DNA of 64,000 nt from Glaucostegus cemiculus (GCA_976551045.1 CDPCPM010000231.1:2356001-2420000), one strand, 5' to 3'. Positions 1-13,634 are shown, counted from the stretch's first letter. Notes: generated by a model from the letters alone, not told the origin. Translations and numbers: made by a program.

Positions 1-1339
1 ATGAAATTCATTTTCACTTACAGAAATATCACTCATTTTAGAAACAACAGATCACGGTTTATTTTCAGGTGTTATATTCATAGAGGTTAACCAACATGAA
101 GACAATGGACTGGAAAAGTAGTGTAGCAGTTGTTACGGGCCTTGTAATCCAGAGATTTAGACTAATATTCTGGCAGAGAGCGCTCATATTCCACCACAGC
201 AGATGATTAAATTCAAAGAATTAAATAAATCTGGAATAAAATCTATTATTTGAAAGTGACCATAAAACTACGTGGTTTACCAAAGTCCTCTAAGGAAGGA
301 ACTCCTTGCCCAATCAGGTCTACAAGGTGCAATAACAAGGACCAGTTTTGACCTTAGCCAAGACAAAGCACAGTACAGTGACCCTGCAAAGTGCTTCTCA
401 CCAACATTTAGGGATATGTGCTTAAACTGGGAAAGCCATAAACCAATGAAGCAAACTCCTCAAAATCATATTCACAGAACAAGACCTTAAAACCAATACT
501 GGGACTTTGGAAGCTGAGTTCCTATTTATGTTCTGTCTCTGGTAGTTTTTGTGAATTACTAGAGATCAGAAGTCCTGAGAGAACCAACGTAAAAGGAAAA
601 TTGTACCTCATTTCACTTTCACTAATCCACCTGCCACAAATATACTTACCCACAGTTACAGAAGGTCACAGAAATGACTACTTTGTGACTTTGTAGTGGC
701 AAGTCCTATCATCATAGCAAGGACAACATCTATTGTTCTGTGTGGACTAGCACCAGCATTAAAGAGATAGATTCAGCATAGATCTAACAGCCCAAAAATA
801 GACTTCAATGAAGTGCTGTGGAACATAATCAGAACTGCATTTCACCACAAGGTGTAATCTCAAAGCTGAGCATTCATTCCTATTCCTTCATAGGATGTCA
901 AAATGTTGAATGTACAGAATAACAGCAGCATAACAGCAGCTTCACTACAAAGAGTACACAGTTCACCACCATCTTCTTATGGACATTTAGGGATGGACAT
1001 TTAATGTTGGCCTTATCAGCAACATTCAGGTGCAGGCAATGAACTGGGGGGGAAAAACAGGATTGTTCATTCTACCATTACTATTAAGCTATAATGGCAA
1101 CCCTAATACGAGGGAGAGGATGCCTAAAGGAGCACCAGTCCTAGCTGAAAATAGAATCCAACATGAAGCTTTCACAGGACTATCATAACACAAACAGATG
1201 TAAACAGATGCAATACCATTGCCATTGTGCTGGAGCAATGGCTAAGGCTGAGAACCCAACATCCAGGGATATTCAATATTTAGGAAAGACATGCAAAATG
1301 GAAAGAGGGAAGGACTTGGTTAGTAAAAAAATAAAGTCA

Positions 1340-3290
1340 GTGCAATAGCGAGAAAAGAGATTAGTTAAAACAAAATAAATGAATCAGTCTGGGTGTAACT
1401 CTGTATCACCAAGGGCAGGAAGACACTGGTGGGATTTGCCTGTAGGTCTCCAAACAATGGTGGCAATGTAGGGGATGGCATCAAACAGGAAATTAAAGAT
1501 GCACGTGGCAAAGTTACCTCAGTAATCATGGGTAACTTTAATCTACATATAGACCAGCTAAACCAAATCAGCAATAATACCATGGAGAAGGAATTCTTAG
1601 AGTGTATATGGGATGGCTTTTTGGATCAGTACGTTGCAGCAAACTTGGGAAAAGGATGCTGTCCTATATTGGGCCTAGTCAATAATAGTGCTGTGTGGCT
1701 CCTTAAGTGTCGATAATATGATAGAATGCATTAGAAGGATCAGAATAGAAAGTGAAGTAGCTCAATCCAAATCCAGGGTTCTAAATCTAAACAAAAAGCA
1801 AATTAAGGCACGAAGATCCAGTTGGTTATTTTACGTTGGGGAGCTCTTTAAAAGGCATGATGGTGGATAAACTGTAGCTAACATGTAACAACATGTAGAA
1901 TGCATAGAAATGATTTGAATGAGAGAGCTACATGTAATATTTCAAAGTTTGCCAGCAACAATATACTAGGTGGAATTATGAATTCTGAGGATGTAGAGAG
2001 ACTTAAATTGATTGAGCAAGTGAGCACAAATATGGCAGATGCAGCATAACATCAATAAATATGTAGTTATTCACTTCTGTAAGATAAACAGAAAGGCGGT
2101 GTGTTATTTAAGTTGTGTTGGAGGGGGTAGTATTGATGCTCAAAGGGACTTTGGTGTTCTGGTACACCAGTCTCTGAAAGCAAACATGCAGGTACAGCAA
2201 GCAGGTAAAGATTTACTGCCCTACATCGCAAGAGGATTTGAAATACAAGAGCAGGGATGTCTTACTAATATTATACAGGCTCTTTGTGAGACCACACCAA
2301 CAGTATTATGTGCAGTTTTGGTCTCCTTATAAAAGGACTGCAGTGATGAGTCACCAGACTGATAACTGGGATGGCAGGACTGCCACAGGAGGAAAGATTA
2401 CATTGACTCGATTTGTATTTGCCAGAGCTTAGAAGAGTGAGAAGGGGTGTCATTGAAACAAAATCCTGACAGATAGACTGGATATGGGAGGATATTTCCT
2501 CTGGCTTGAATGAAGGGCCATAGCCCCAGGTTACAGGACAAGGGATTCAGGAGTAAAAGAAACGACTTTGACACGCTCTGTTGTAAATGATGAGGGACAA
2601 TTCAATGTACAACAGAAGGGGTCAGGTTCCATGAACACCTATAATCTGAATAATGTCAGAACCCAGCATACTGAATGCAAAAGTCAATGCCCAAGTGTTT
2701 GCAACCAGCTTCCGTAATTAGGAGGGCAAATAGTATGGTGAACTTCATTACTGATTTGACTGTCAGAGTAAGGAAATCTTAAAACAATCGTACAGCCCTT
2801 GGCAAGACTACCCCTGGAATATTGTGTACAGTTTTTGTCTCCTCACCTAAGAAAGGATATACTCATCATAGAGGTGGTGCAGCAAAGATAGACTGGACTG
2901 GATTATCATATGATGGCAGGATTACCACAGAGGAGAGACCGAGTAGATTAGGACCACATTCTCCTGAGTTCAGAAAAATTTCATCAAAACTTTAAAATCT
3001 TGAAGGGCTTAACAGGTTAGATGCATGGAAAGAAGTTCCCCTGGCTGACAAATCTTGGGGCAGGAGGCACAATTTGGCACTGAAATGAGCCTCAAGGATG
3101 GAATATTCTACCCTGGAAGTCTGTGGAGGTTTAGTCACCGTATTTAAAATACAGAGCAATAGATTTCGGGCTATTTAGGGAATTGAAGGTTGTGAGGACA
3201 GAGCTAGAAAATGGCAGGGAGACAGGTGGTGAAATGGGTGAGCAGGCTTGGCGGGCTGGATGGCCTACCACACTCCTATTTCTCATATCC
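1340..3290 (+). mobile_element. Degraded CR1 fragments (approximate)
   Basis: VIMGNFNLHID (endonuclease remnant), QRDFGVLVHQSLK, VRPH..Y.VQFWSPY; 3' tail near 3250. Confidence 0.75.
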
Positions 3291-5350
3291 TCAAGTGAAT
3301 ATTTCTTTCAAGAATGTGGACTGCCTACCCTGAGGACTGCCCCACAAAATAATTTATTTGGCTATAAAAAAAAGCAAAAAAAAACTGCAGATGCTGGAAA
3401 TCAGATATGTAAAAACACAGAAAATGCTGGGTTATTCAGTGAGTGTGGAGAGAGAAAAAAAAGTTTACATTTCAGATCAATGAACCTTCATCAGATGGAG
3501 TATTCCCATTCCCAGCATTTTCTGTTTAAAATTCATTTGGAAAGATTGCTTAGATTCACTCATGATGTTGATAACACATTTCAAACAGCCACATATTTTG
3601 AAGTCACGCATCAATATATTACTTCCTGTTTCTCAACTCATGATTTCCTCAGTAGAGCTATTTTAAACATTTAGGAGGTTAAGTATTAAAATGATGCTGA
3701 CCTTGAAACTAATAAACTTCATGTTCATGATATGGTTGTTACTACTCATACTATGGATGACATCCAATTAGAAATGTGAGCTATTGTTACTGAGACAAGG
3801 ACTCATGTTGACAAGGAGTGCAAGCTCTGAGAAGGTGCTCCATCTACCATTAGGGATTTCTTTCACTATGATTAAAGCAAAAGCGATTGAATAACAGGGT
3901 TTTGTTTTAGTCCAATGGAGAGGTACACTGGCTTTACAACTGAAATTAGCCTTCAAATTCAGTCCAGGCTAAACAAATGGGTGGTCATCCATCTGCTTGC
4001 TTCAAGAACAACACATCATCTAAACTCATTCATGGCCTCGTACAGTTCCTAGTTTTCACAATGGCAGTGATTCGGCAGACAAAGGAAAATCACGAGACAG
4101 TTTGCCACAGTTAAACTAAATTCATTATGCTATGCATAAGCATGTGTTTAGATGCTGGGCAGAATAAAGGGAGAGATGCACAGTAAATTTCTATGCTATT
4201 CCAGATTTGAGAGTGAACAATACACAGAACCTTAAACCCTTTAAGTTTCAAATGATGATGAACATTAAGTAGTTTGTCATTATCCACCAAATCTTTCCAC
4301 AATGCATCAATAAATTCATCATGCACTGATACTGGCTTGGATTATTAGCATGCTAAACATGCTCGTGCAATCTTTAGAACAATATTCTCAGAATATAAAT
4401 TTTAAAGCAGCAATTCTACATTTGCTGTAACATTGCTTATGACACTTTGTAATATAAATAGTAATCAGAATAATTTAAGTTTCAGTACGAATGCATAAAT
4501 GAAATAGCAGAAAAATCCCCATCTCACTCTTAAAATGCTGCCTTCACGGGGCCTCAGTGCCCATTTTGTTCAAATTTCTTTTATTGAACTTGAGTGCAAG
4601 TGACATTTGTGCCTTTCAAAACTTGCAACCTGCTAATGGGTTATTCAAAGCTACCTGTGTCAGCTGCAAGCAGGCAGTACTGAGAATAAAATCAAAGCCC
4701 TTTTACCCTTCCCATGCTAGGAGGATCATAATCCCCATTCATAAACAAAAGAATTTTAACATTAGTTTGCAAACTTGTGTAGTTAAAAAGACAATATCAA
4801 GAGTAGGTAGAAAATAAACTGCTGCAGACAAAAGAATGCCGAAAACAAAAGGACATTTCACACACCACAATATTCTGAAGGTACACACAAAACTGGAAGA
4901 GTACTCAGTAGGCAAAACGTTTTGAGGCTTGCCGGTGTGTCTCCGATTTGGTTTTTGTTTGACTGGTTTTATTATTGTAATCCATTTGAGTTAGAATAAC
5001 ACGATTCCAAATGTTTAGGAAATCTCTTGAGAGCGATTAAAAACATTTATGAAGTCTAATGCTGTTGATTTAATTTATGCAAAGATAAATTTGAGTTCCC
5101 ATGTTACAATTCATAAAATGTTATACTATTTGCAAAAACCTCTGGTCTTTTTTCCAAAGTAGAGGACTCATTCCTGATGATGCAAACTGAAAGTCATGCC
5201 AAAAAAGTCCAACTCAGTGGCAGGTTTTCTTACTACTAAAACCAAGAACCTTCAGATGTAAACATTGTACCACTAACCAACTCAGGACAATGTTTAAAAC
5301 TGGGACACTTTTTATGTGCTGGAATAACACAAGAAATAAAATCAACTTAC

Positions 5351-5430
5351 AGCTTTAGGTTTGTACGCTCCAAGCTTGAAACGACAACAGATGACATCAA
5401 CTAAAAACCCCACAAATCCATGTAGCATGC
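5351..5430 (-). CDS. ERGIC2: ERGIC2 exon 13
   Basis: GMLHGFVGFLVDVICCRFKLGAYKPKA; 80 nt; tag/gtaagt; no stop, so a further terminal exon is expected. Confidence 0.95.
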
Positions 5431-8400
5431 CTAAGAAAGAATAGGTTCAGCACATAAACAACATGTCACTGTACTGATACAATTGAACTGCTACATTGAG
5501 CATAATTCAGTAATAACATGTTTAATTCAGAGATAATGCCATTAAATCTAATAGCAACATCTAATTACTTTCCCAAGTATAATACTTTCCTGAATCTCAT
5601 GATCAATAATCAAAATTCATTGGCAGAAAAAAAACTATGCCGAAGTTGGATTTTAGAGGAAATAGACTATTCATATGCTACAGTTATTTTCATGGATTTG
5701 TCATGAGAAATAAACAGAACTCCATTTGGTGTTGTTGGTACTTTTGGGAAGGAAAAGTATGTTGCCAGTTGAATCCAATCAAGTTTACAGCTAAGTGACA
5801 TTTACTGGACTACAGTAGTTTTATGAAAGAACACACAATTTTCTCCAGCTTAATTATTGCAATTAAATTCACCGTAAAGTGGTTAACATTATGCTTTTAA
5901 AACAAATCTATTGGGATGTCACTAAAGATGATAAATTCAAGTGATATGAAATACTGTTAATATCTTTCACAGTAAATGAAAACTGAACTTCTAATTTTGT
6001 CTTTTCATAACTACATTTGTTAATAGATCTTGAATAAATGACATGCATTATTATTTGAATGATGTATACAGTGGTTTTATTTTACAGAAAGACACACAAG
6101 CTTGAACTTTTGCCACTTTGATGCCCGCTTCATTGAACAATTTCAGCTATGCTAGTTTCATGCACACTGCCATTTTGCCATAACTACTGCACATTCAAAC
6201 AGAAAATTACCGAATATGCTAATTTTAGTGAAATGACAGAAGTCATGAGCCTGCTTCAATGCCCAAACAAATTTCATTATTTCAGCCTTAGTTTATCACA
6301 TTTCAGGGTACTAGTTACGTTTGCAAGTTCAGCAATGATGGTTGCTACACTGTCTGAAAAAAATCCTAACAAGTGGTGAATACTTTCTTTTAGAAAAAGG
6401 AAATCATGTTTTTCACAATTAGGTTTCATCAAGTGTGGTGGCATTGTGGAGAGGGGTTGGGGTGGAGAGGGCGGGTAACAGAGAGGAAGATGGGGCAGGC
6501 AGGGAAGGGCATCAGGTGAAGTCCTTTTCATGCACCATCGACAAGCATCACCAGGTCAACTACAACCAGAATAAAGCTTCTCATCTGCCTGAAAAATCTG
6601 CCTTCTGTTTAAAGCAAAACCAAAATTTTTTTGCTGTCATTGTACAATTTTCTTTTTTTTCCCCCCCAGAAACATCATTCATCTTTCCTTATCAGCCATC
6701 TCAATATTGATGTAAATTTGGTTGGACTATGACCATGCTGCGAGGACAAAGTCAATGAAAAATGCTGCATAATTTAATTCACAGATCTCCTGAACCCATT
6801 GTTAAGAAAGGGATTTAATCTGAACTAGATTAAAATTTAGTTTCTTGCATACATAGTTCTAGTACCCTGGACTCTGCAGAGCACTGATTGGCTATAGAGC
6901 TCTCGGCCCTCCAGTCTAAGTACTCTCGGGTACCTACCAACCGTTCAATAATAAGGACACCCACCTGGGTTGTGAGTCATCAGCAATCTGGTGCAAATCC
7001 CTGACCTCCACTGGCACTCCCACGGCAGAGAATTGCCACAGCTCAGAGGGTGCCTACTAGGGCTCGTGTTGGGCAGATTGGGTGGAGTAGTGTGGTCACT
7101 CATCATTGAAAGGCGGAGCTCATTGGTATCTCCTACTTGCTTGGTGAGTGCAGGGCATTGATGGGGACCGATAAGACTGGTCCATTTGTTGGCAGATGTT
7201 GTGGTTTCTCTCATCATCTCCTACTAGACATGGTGGAAACTGCTGACACCCTTGTGTTCGGTTGCACATCTCTCCCTATCCTGGAAATTTCTCATGGAGC
7301 AGATGCTGCCAGCCCCAGCAAAGGCCTGCATGTACCATGATCATCCCGGCTGACCACTGCCCATCCTCACAAGAAGCCTCTTAAAACCATGCCACAGGAC
7401 TTATGCCAAGTTCCCAACACATACAGAGGTGTGTTACTGCCATCACTGCGGTGCTGTAATGGCCCCCTTCAGTATTGTTTCCATTCATGTGATCCCTGGG
7501 AAGGCATTCTGAGGTGCTAAACAAGGTTCCAATTTTAACTTTTAGAATGAACTAGGTCCTTTGTTCTGTAGCTCTCCCTTTATTTTCAGTGGCCAACATT
7601 TATTCTATTTCCTTCTTACTGAAAATAAATGAGCAATGATGAACTATTTCTCAAAAGGTTACAGATCTCCAGCTACTGGTTCAGTTGACTTGAATAGTAA
7701 TAACTAAAGCCAAGGTTAGATGCTGAAACAGCAGCTGAAGAATTTGATTAAAATTATTTTACATCATATGGTCTTACTGACACTTGTTGTCCGTTCCTGA
7801 CGATAACTGAGATGATGCTAGGTTTCTTCTTGAATTACTGTCTGCTTGCTGACAGTGCTCCACAACATCACTAAGCATGGTGCTCAATGACTTAAACCAG
7901 CAGCAACAAAGGATTGGTGAAAGATGTTCACGTCAATTTGGTTTGTGGTTTGGAAGAGAACATGGAGGTTGCGGTTTACTTGCCACTACTGCATTACCAG
8001 GTGGGGAAGATTATGCAGTTATAGCGGTGTTGCCAAAGTTGCTTCAGTGTAAAGAGAAGTGGTTACAAGCACAATGTGGTTCAATGCCTGAGGGAGTGCT
8101 GATTAAGCAAACTATTTGTGCTGGCTGATGAGCTTCTGGAATGTTATCACAGTCAGATCAATCCAAGCAAGGAGAATACACTCCATCACACTTCACAATT
8201 CAGCTTTGCAGATGGCAGACACCTTTGGGGAAAACCAGAGAGGGGACACCCACCTCAAAATATCCAGCCTCTGGTCATAACATTTAAGCAAACTATTTGG
8301 TTTTTGGTTAATGACGACCCCTCTCAAGAAAGTGCTGGTTGGGGGTTCAGCCCCTTCAAAGTGAAGGATAAGTGGTAAAACTCTCATTTGTTGAAGCTGC

Positions 8401-9104
8401 TCAGTGGCAGACACTGGGGTGCCACAAATATAATCACTGCAGGACCTGCTGCATGCCAGCACAGGCTGCCTCAACGCAAACGCCAAATACTGGGCAAGCA
8501 CCAGGTAACAATCCCCCTTCTGAACTGCATTGATAAAGTAGCTGAGCGACTCCTGCAGTAACGTCCTGTGATACAGATGACAGGCGTCCAATGACTGCAG
8601 CAGTTTTGCATTCTGCCAAGCATGGACATAGCCATTTGAGAATTTTTTCCTCAGGTGCCCATTGGCTTCTCAAATGTAGCATTGAAGGCAGAGTCTGTCA
8701 CCTCACCTCATATTCCTGTAATGTGTGATTCTGGCAGAATCTAAGCCATATAGCAGTGAGCAGATTATTAGTAGGTGCTGCAGGATTGCACTGTTGAAGG
8801 CATTTCACTTTCTGAATCGTTAATTAAGGCAACAATTGGCTGAACTGGATTTCAATTATTTTGAGTAAGACTTCAGCTTTGTAATATTCTGAATTTTTGG
8901 TAAATGTCATGATCTAATTTTTCTGGAGGAGCTTAGTTAAAGGCATGGGTAGTTTTCACGAAGTTTTGATGCATTGGTTATCTGCACGTCAGCTATGATA
9001 TTGCCAGGACACCTAGCCATGTCTTGATATTGCACACTTGGCTGAAGACCAACATCTGTTATGGTGAAGTCCTCATGAAGAGGAAGAAATCAAGACAAAT
9101 ATTC

Positions 9105-9180
9105 CACTCGGCACTTCTGCCCAAGGATAGCCTTGAACACTTCACTCGGCACTTCTGCCCAAGGATAGCTGTGAACACTT
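9105..9180 (+). repeat. 38-bp tandem duplication
   Basis: CACTCGGCACTTCTGCCCAAGGATAGC(CT/TG)TGAACACTT x2. Confidence 0.9.
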
Positions 9181-9409
9181 TGCTTCGCTTGGTGAATAAT
9201 GAGGATGTCACGAAGCCTAGGGTTGCCAGATGTACTGGCTGCAGCTTCCTGGTTTTATTAACTATAAAAGTCATGATTTAAAATTTCAGATGTCTATCAT
9301 TACTTCAGCCATAGAAGTTACTTTTCTGCGATTCCAGGACAAAGTGACTGAAATCTCAACTGCAGTCACCATTCCTGTTACTTACACAAAATGAAACTCA
9401 AGCACTTGC

Positions 9410-9572
9410 CTGTTGTTGAGAAGATTCCTCCGATGATTCCACACAATCGTACTAAGAATTGTCCTAAAGGCATGTGCTGCTCAGTCACAGTAACCATCAA
9501 GGAGCTGATATCATATTTCATGAAAATACCCGAAACTCCGTGGCTGCCTGCTGCATGGTTAATCACTCGCTC
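9410..9572 (-). CDS. ERGIC2: ERGIC2 exon 12 (second TM region), GC donor
   Basis: ERVINHAAGSHGVSGIFMKYDISSLMVTVTEQHMPLGQFLVRLCGIIGGIFSTT (ORF 9378..9566); the homology-based end is followed by GCAAGT. Confidence 0.93.
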
Positions 9573-10227
9573 CTAGAAAAATAACCATAAGAACATTTCA
9601 AAACTAATTATATTGAGAGTAACAATTTAAACAATGTATTTTTATTAAAAATTACTTTCATTTAATTCTGTGTTCAAAGTTCTTCAGTTTTATTACAAAA
9701 GTCTGATTAAAACCTACCTAGAAAGCTGCTACCCCAACTTGGCAGTCAGAGAGGCACTCCTAGAATTCAATCCTGGGCAAATGCTTAGGTTTTAGATGGG
9801 AATTATGTGGAGCATCATTATTGCTGATGCTACATTAAAAAAAAATTGAGCTTCCAATCTCAATCTAATAATCTCTGCAAGACAAGACAGTGTGCGGCTC
9901 AACTATGACATGGCCCAAAACACAAACTTGACATCAGAACTCAAAAACAAGTGTTCACTTGAACGAAATAGTAGAGCATTACTTTGAATTTCAATTGAGT
10001 AATACTTTTTATTGGTTAGCTTCATATAGTAGAATATAGATCTTTTTGTAATAAAAGTAAAAAAGGTTGTTATGCTTCACTCTAGAAATTTGACTAGGTG
10101 TTTCCTAGTATTGACTCTGTTGCGAACCCGACGCTATTTCCACATCATTGTGCAAAGGATGTGATCAATCCCTTTTGGGTTTTTGCATGAAAATATGGAC
10201 CACGTGGTCCTGGGCACACCCAACTTT

Positions 10228-10502
10228 AGGCAGCCCAGTACAACTTGGACATCCCAGCTATTACAGCACCAGTGACCGGTTCAATTCTGCCACTGTCTTT
10301 AAGTTTGTACACTCTCCCCGTGGCTGCATGGGTTTCCTCTGGGTGTCCCAATTTCCTCCCACATTCCAAAGACATACAGGTTAGGAGCTGTGGGCATGCT
10401 AGGTTGGCACCAGAAGAGTGGTAACACTTGCCGACTGCTCTCAGCACATTCGCAGTAAATCAAAAGGATGCATTTCACTGTGTTTTGATGTACATGACTA
10501 AT
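10228..10502 (+). mobile_element. tRNA-derived V-SINE (HE1-like), approximate
   Basis: V-domain gtttgtacactctccccgtggctgcatgggtttcctctgggtg..ttcctcccacattccaaagac. Confidence 0.8.
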
Positions 10503-11050
10503 CATAGGAACAGTGCAGCACAATACAGGCCCTTTGGCCCACAATGTTGTGCCGACCTTTAAACCTTGCCTAAAGACTATCTAACCCCTTCCTCCCGCAT
10601 ATCCCTCTATTTTAAATTCCTCCATATGCTTATCTTGCAATCTCTTGATTTGACCAATGTATCTGCCTCCACCATCACCCCAGGCAGCACATTCCATACC
10701 CCAACCACTCTCTGGGTAAAAAACCTTCCTCTGATATCTCCCTTGAACTTCCCACCCATTACCTTAAAGCCATGCCCTCTTGTATTGAGCATTGGTGCCC
10801 TGGGAAAGAGGCACTGGCTGTCTACTCTATCTACTCCTCTTAGTATTTTGTATAACTCTATCATGTCTCCTCTCATCCTCCTTCTCTCCAAAGAGTAAAG
10901 CCCTGGCTCCCTTAGTCTCTCCTTATAATGCATACTCTCTAAACCAGGCAGCATCCTGGTAAATCTCCTCTGCAACCTTTCCAATGCCTCCACATCCTTC
11001 CTATAATGAGGCATCCAGAACTGGACACAGTACTCTAAGTGTGGCATAAA
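10503..11050 (-). mobile_element. CR1 3' fragment
   Basis: ORF 10607..11116 PHLEYCVQFW..LERLQRRFTRMLPG..FFTQRVVGVWN. Confidence 0.9.
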
Positions 11051-11135
11051 CAGACCAATTGAAATAAAAGTGTGACCCAGATTAAATGACACATCTGAGT
11101 GATGAAATAAAACCAAACTTCATTAATTGACTTAC

Positions 11136-11233
11136 CCTTTCTGTGACTGAATACTGATGGGTTTCTGCTGAGAACTTGTAAGTATTAAGTTTCGTTGGCA
11201 CAATTGTGATGAAGTATTGAAACATCTGATTAT
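11136..11233 (-). CDS. ERGIC2: ERGIC2 exon 11
   Basis: HNQMFQYFITIVPTKLNTYKFSAETHQYSVTER; 98 nt; tag/gtaagt. Confidence 0.97.
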
Positions 11234-11317
11234 CTAAAATACAAACAAAAATGGATTTGAAATTTACAAAAGCAGTTTCAGAATGGAGACAAATGTCAGG
11301 TTTCCCATTACATTGTT

Positions 11318-12147
11318 CATGGGTGGATTAGCAAGTCTGCAGATGACACCAAGATTGGTGGAGTTGTGGAGAGTGTAAAGGACTATCAAACAATACAACG
11401 GGATATAGATCTGGATACAGATATGGGCAGAGAAGTGGCAGATGGAGTTTAATCCTGGCAAGTGTGAGGTGTTGCACTTCGGGAGGTCAAATGAAAGGAG
11501 AAAGTATACAGATAATGGTAGGCTCTTAATAGCATTGAGGTACAGAGGAATCTTGGGGTTCAGGTCCATAGTTCACTAGAAGTGGCTACACAAGTGGACC
11601 TGGCGGTAAAGGCATATGGCATGCTTGCCTTCATTGGTAGGGGTGTTGAGTATAAGAGTAAGGAAGTAATGCTACAGCTATATAAAACTTTAGTGAGATG
11701 GCACTTGGGAGTATTGTGGGCAGATCTGGTTACCCCATTATAGGGAGGATGTGGAGACTATGGAGAGGGTACAGAAAAGGTTTACCAAGATGCTACCTGG
11801 ATTAGAGGGTATGAGCGATAAGGAAAGGCTGAACAAACTTGGGTTGTTCTCCCTAGAATGTCAGCTGCTGAGGGGAGACATAGATAGGGTAGACAGTTAG
11901 AATCTTATCCCCAGGGTAGAAATGTCAAACACCAGAGTACATGCTTTTAAGGTTTTGGGGTGGGGGGGGGTGGAGGGGGAGAGGGGGAGAAAGTTTATTA
12001 GGGTTGACATGAGGAGCAAGTCTTTTTTTAATATACACACACGCAGAGAGTGGAAATGCAGAGAGGACACGCAGAGACTGCAATGAATTATCGGGGTAGT
12101 AGTGGAAGCAGGCAGTTGGAGGAAATTAAGAGGCTTTCAGATAGACA
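11318..12147 (+). mobile_element. CR1 fragment ending abruptly at the Tc1 element
   Basis: KSADDTKIGGVV..W.EKWQMEFNPGKCEVLHFG CR1 RT C-terminal sequence. Confidence 0.85.
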
Positions 12148-13634
12148 TGGTGGCATCCAAAAGTTTGGGCACCCCTGATCAAAATTTCTGTTACTGTGAA
12201 TAGATAAGCGAGTGAAAGATGACCTGATTTCCAAAAGGCGTAAAGTTAAAGATGACACATTTCTTTAATATTTTAAGCAAGATTACTTTTTTATTTCCAT
12301 CTTTTACAGTTTCAAAATAACAAAAAAGGGAAAAGGACCAGAAGCAAAAGTTTGGGCACCCTGCATGGTCAGTACTTAGTAAAACCCCTTTGGCAAGTAT
12401 CACAGCTCGTAAATACTTTCTGCAGCCAGCTAAGAGTCTTTCAATTCTTGTTTGAGGGATTTTCGCCCATTCTTCCTTGCAAAAGGCTTCTAGTTCTGTG
12501 AGATTCTTGGGCCGTCTTGCGCGCACTGCTCTTTTAAGATCCATCCACAGATTTTTGATGATGTTTAGAGGTCGGGGGACTGTGAAGGCCACGGCAAAAC
12601 CTTCAGCTTGTGCCTCTTGACATAGTCCATTGTGGATACTGAGGTGTGTTTAGGATCCTCATGTTTAGGATCCTGAAATGTTCCTCATGCCATTGGCTGC
12701 AACACAAGCCCAAAGCGTGGTCGATCCACCTCCAATCGCACCCCTTTTTCTCCAAACATAACTTTGCTCTTTGCGGCCAAAAAGTTCTATTTTAACTTCA
12801 TCAGTCCACAGGACTTGTTTCCAGAATGCATCAGGCTTGTTTAGATGTTCCTTTGCAAACTTCTGATGCTGAATTTTGTGGTGAGGACACAGGAAAGTTT
12901 GGAGAAAAAAGGGTGCAGAATTTCATGGAAAGAACACCTCTCCAACTGTTGAGCACGGAGATGGATCGATCATGCTTTGGCCTTGTGTTGCAGCCAGTGG
13001 CACAGGGAACATTTCACTGGTGGAAGGAAGAATGAATTCAATTAAATACAAGCAAACTCTGGAAGCAAATATCACACCATCTGTAAAAAAGCTGAAGATG
13101 AAAAGAGGATGGCTTCTACAACAGGATAACAATCCTAAGCACATCTCAAAATCCGCAACGGACTACCTCAAGAGGCACAAGCTGAAGGTTTTGCCATTGG
13201 CCTCACAGTCCCCCGACCTAAATATCGTCGAAAATCTGTGGATAGACCTCAAAAGAGCAGTGCATGCAAGACAGCCCAAGAATCTCACAGAACTAGAAGC
13301 CGTTTGCAAGGAAGAATGGATGAAAATCCCCCAAATAAGAATTGAAAGACTCTTAGCTGACTGCAGAAAGTATTTACGAGCTGTGATACTTACCAAAGGG
13401 GTTGTTACTAAGTACTGACCATGCAGGGTGCCCAAACTTTTGCTTCGGGCCCTTTCCTTTGTTATTTTGAAACTGTAAAAGATGGAAATAAAAAAGTAAT
13501 CTTGCTTAAAATATTAAAGAAATGTGTCATCTTTAACTTTATGCCTTCTGGAAATCAGGTCACCTTTCACTCGCTTAACTATTCACAGTAATAGAAATTT
13601 TGACCAGGGGTGCCAAAACTTTTGCATGCCACTG
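12148..13634. mobile_element. Tc1 (IR/DR type) fold-back element made of two head-to-head transposase 3' halves
   Basis: Ends (T)GGTGGCATCCAAAAGTTTGGGCACCC ... GGTGCCAAAACTTTTGCATGCCACTG-TA; ORF 12972..13418(+) with QQDNNPKH and SPDLNIVENLW; mirror copy 12191..12592(-); VLWTDE on minus near 12800. Confidence 0.9.

Noticed and set aside
607-650. Possible minus-strand micro-exon (ggcag|GTGGATTAG...GAG|gtac)
   Set aside because: Weak pyrimidine tract, gives only VD* in the required phase, no ERGIC2 similarity
6850-8700. GC-richer tract with several short ORFs
   Set aside because: No recognisable protein motif or splice-consistent exon; probably an old unclassified repeat
9105-9180. CRISPR-like direct repeats
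   Set aside because: Two abutting copies with no spacer in eukaryotic intron DNA; a simple tandem duplication
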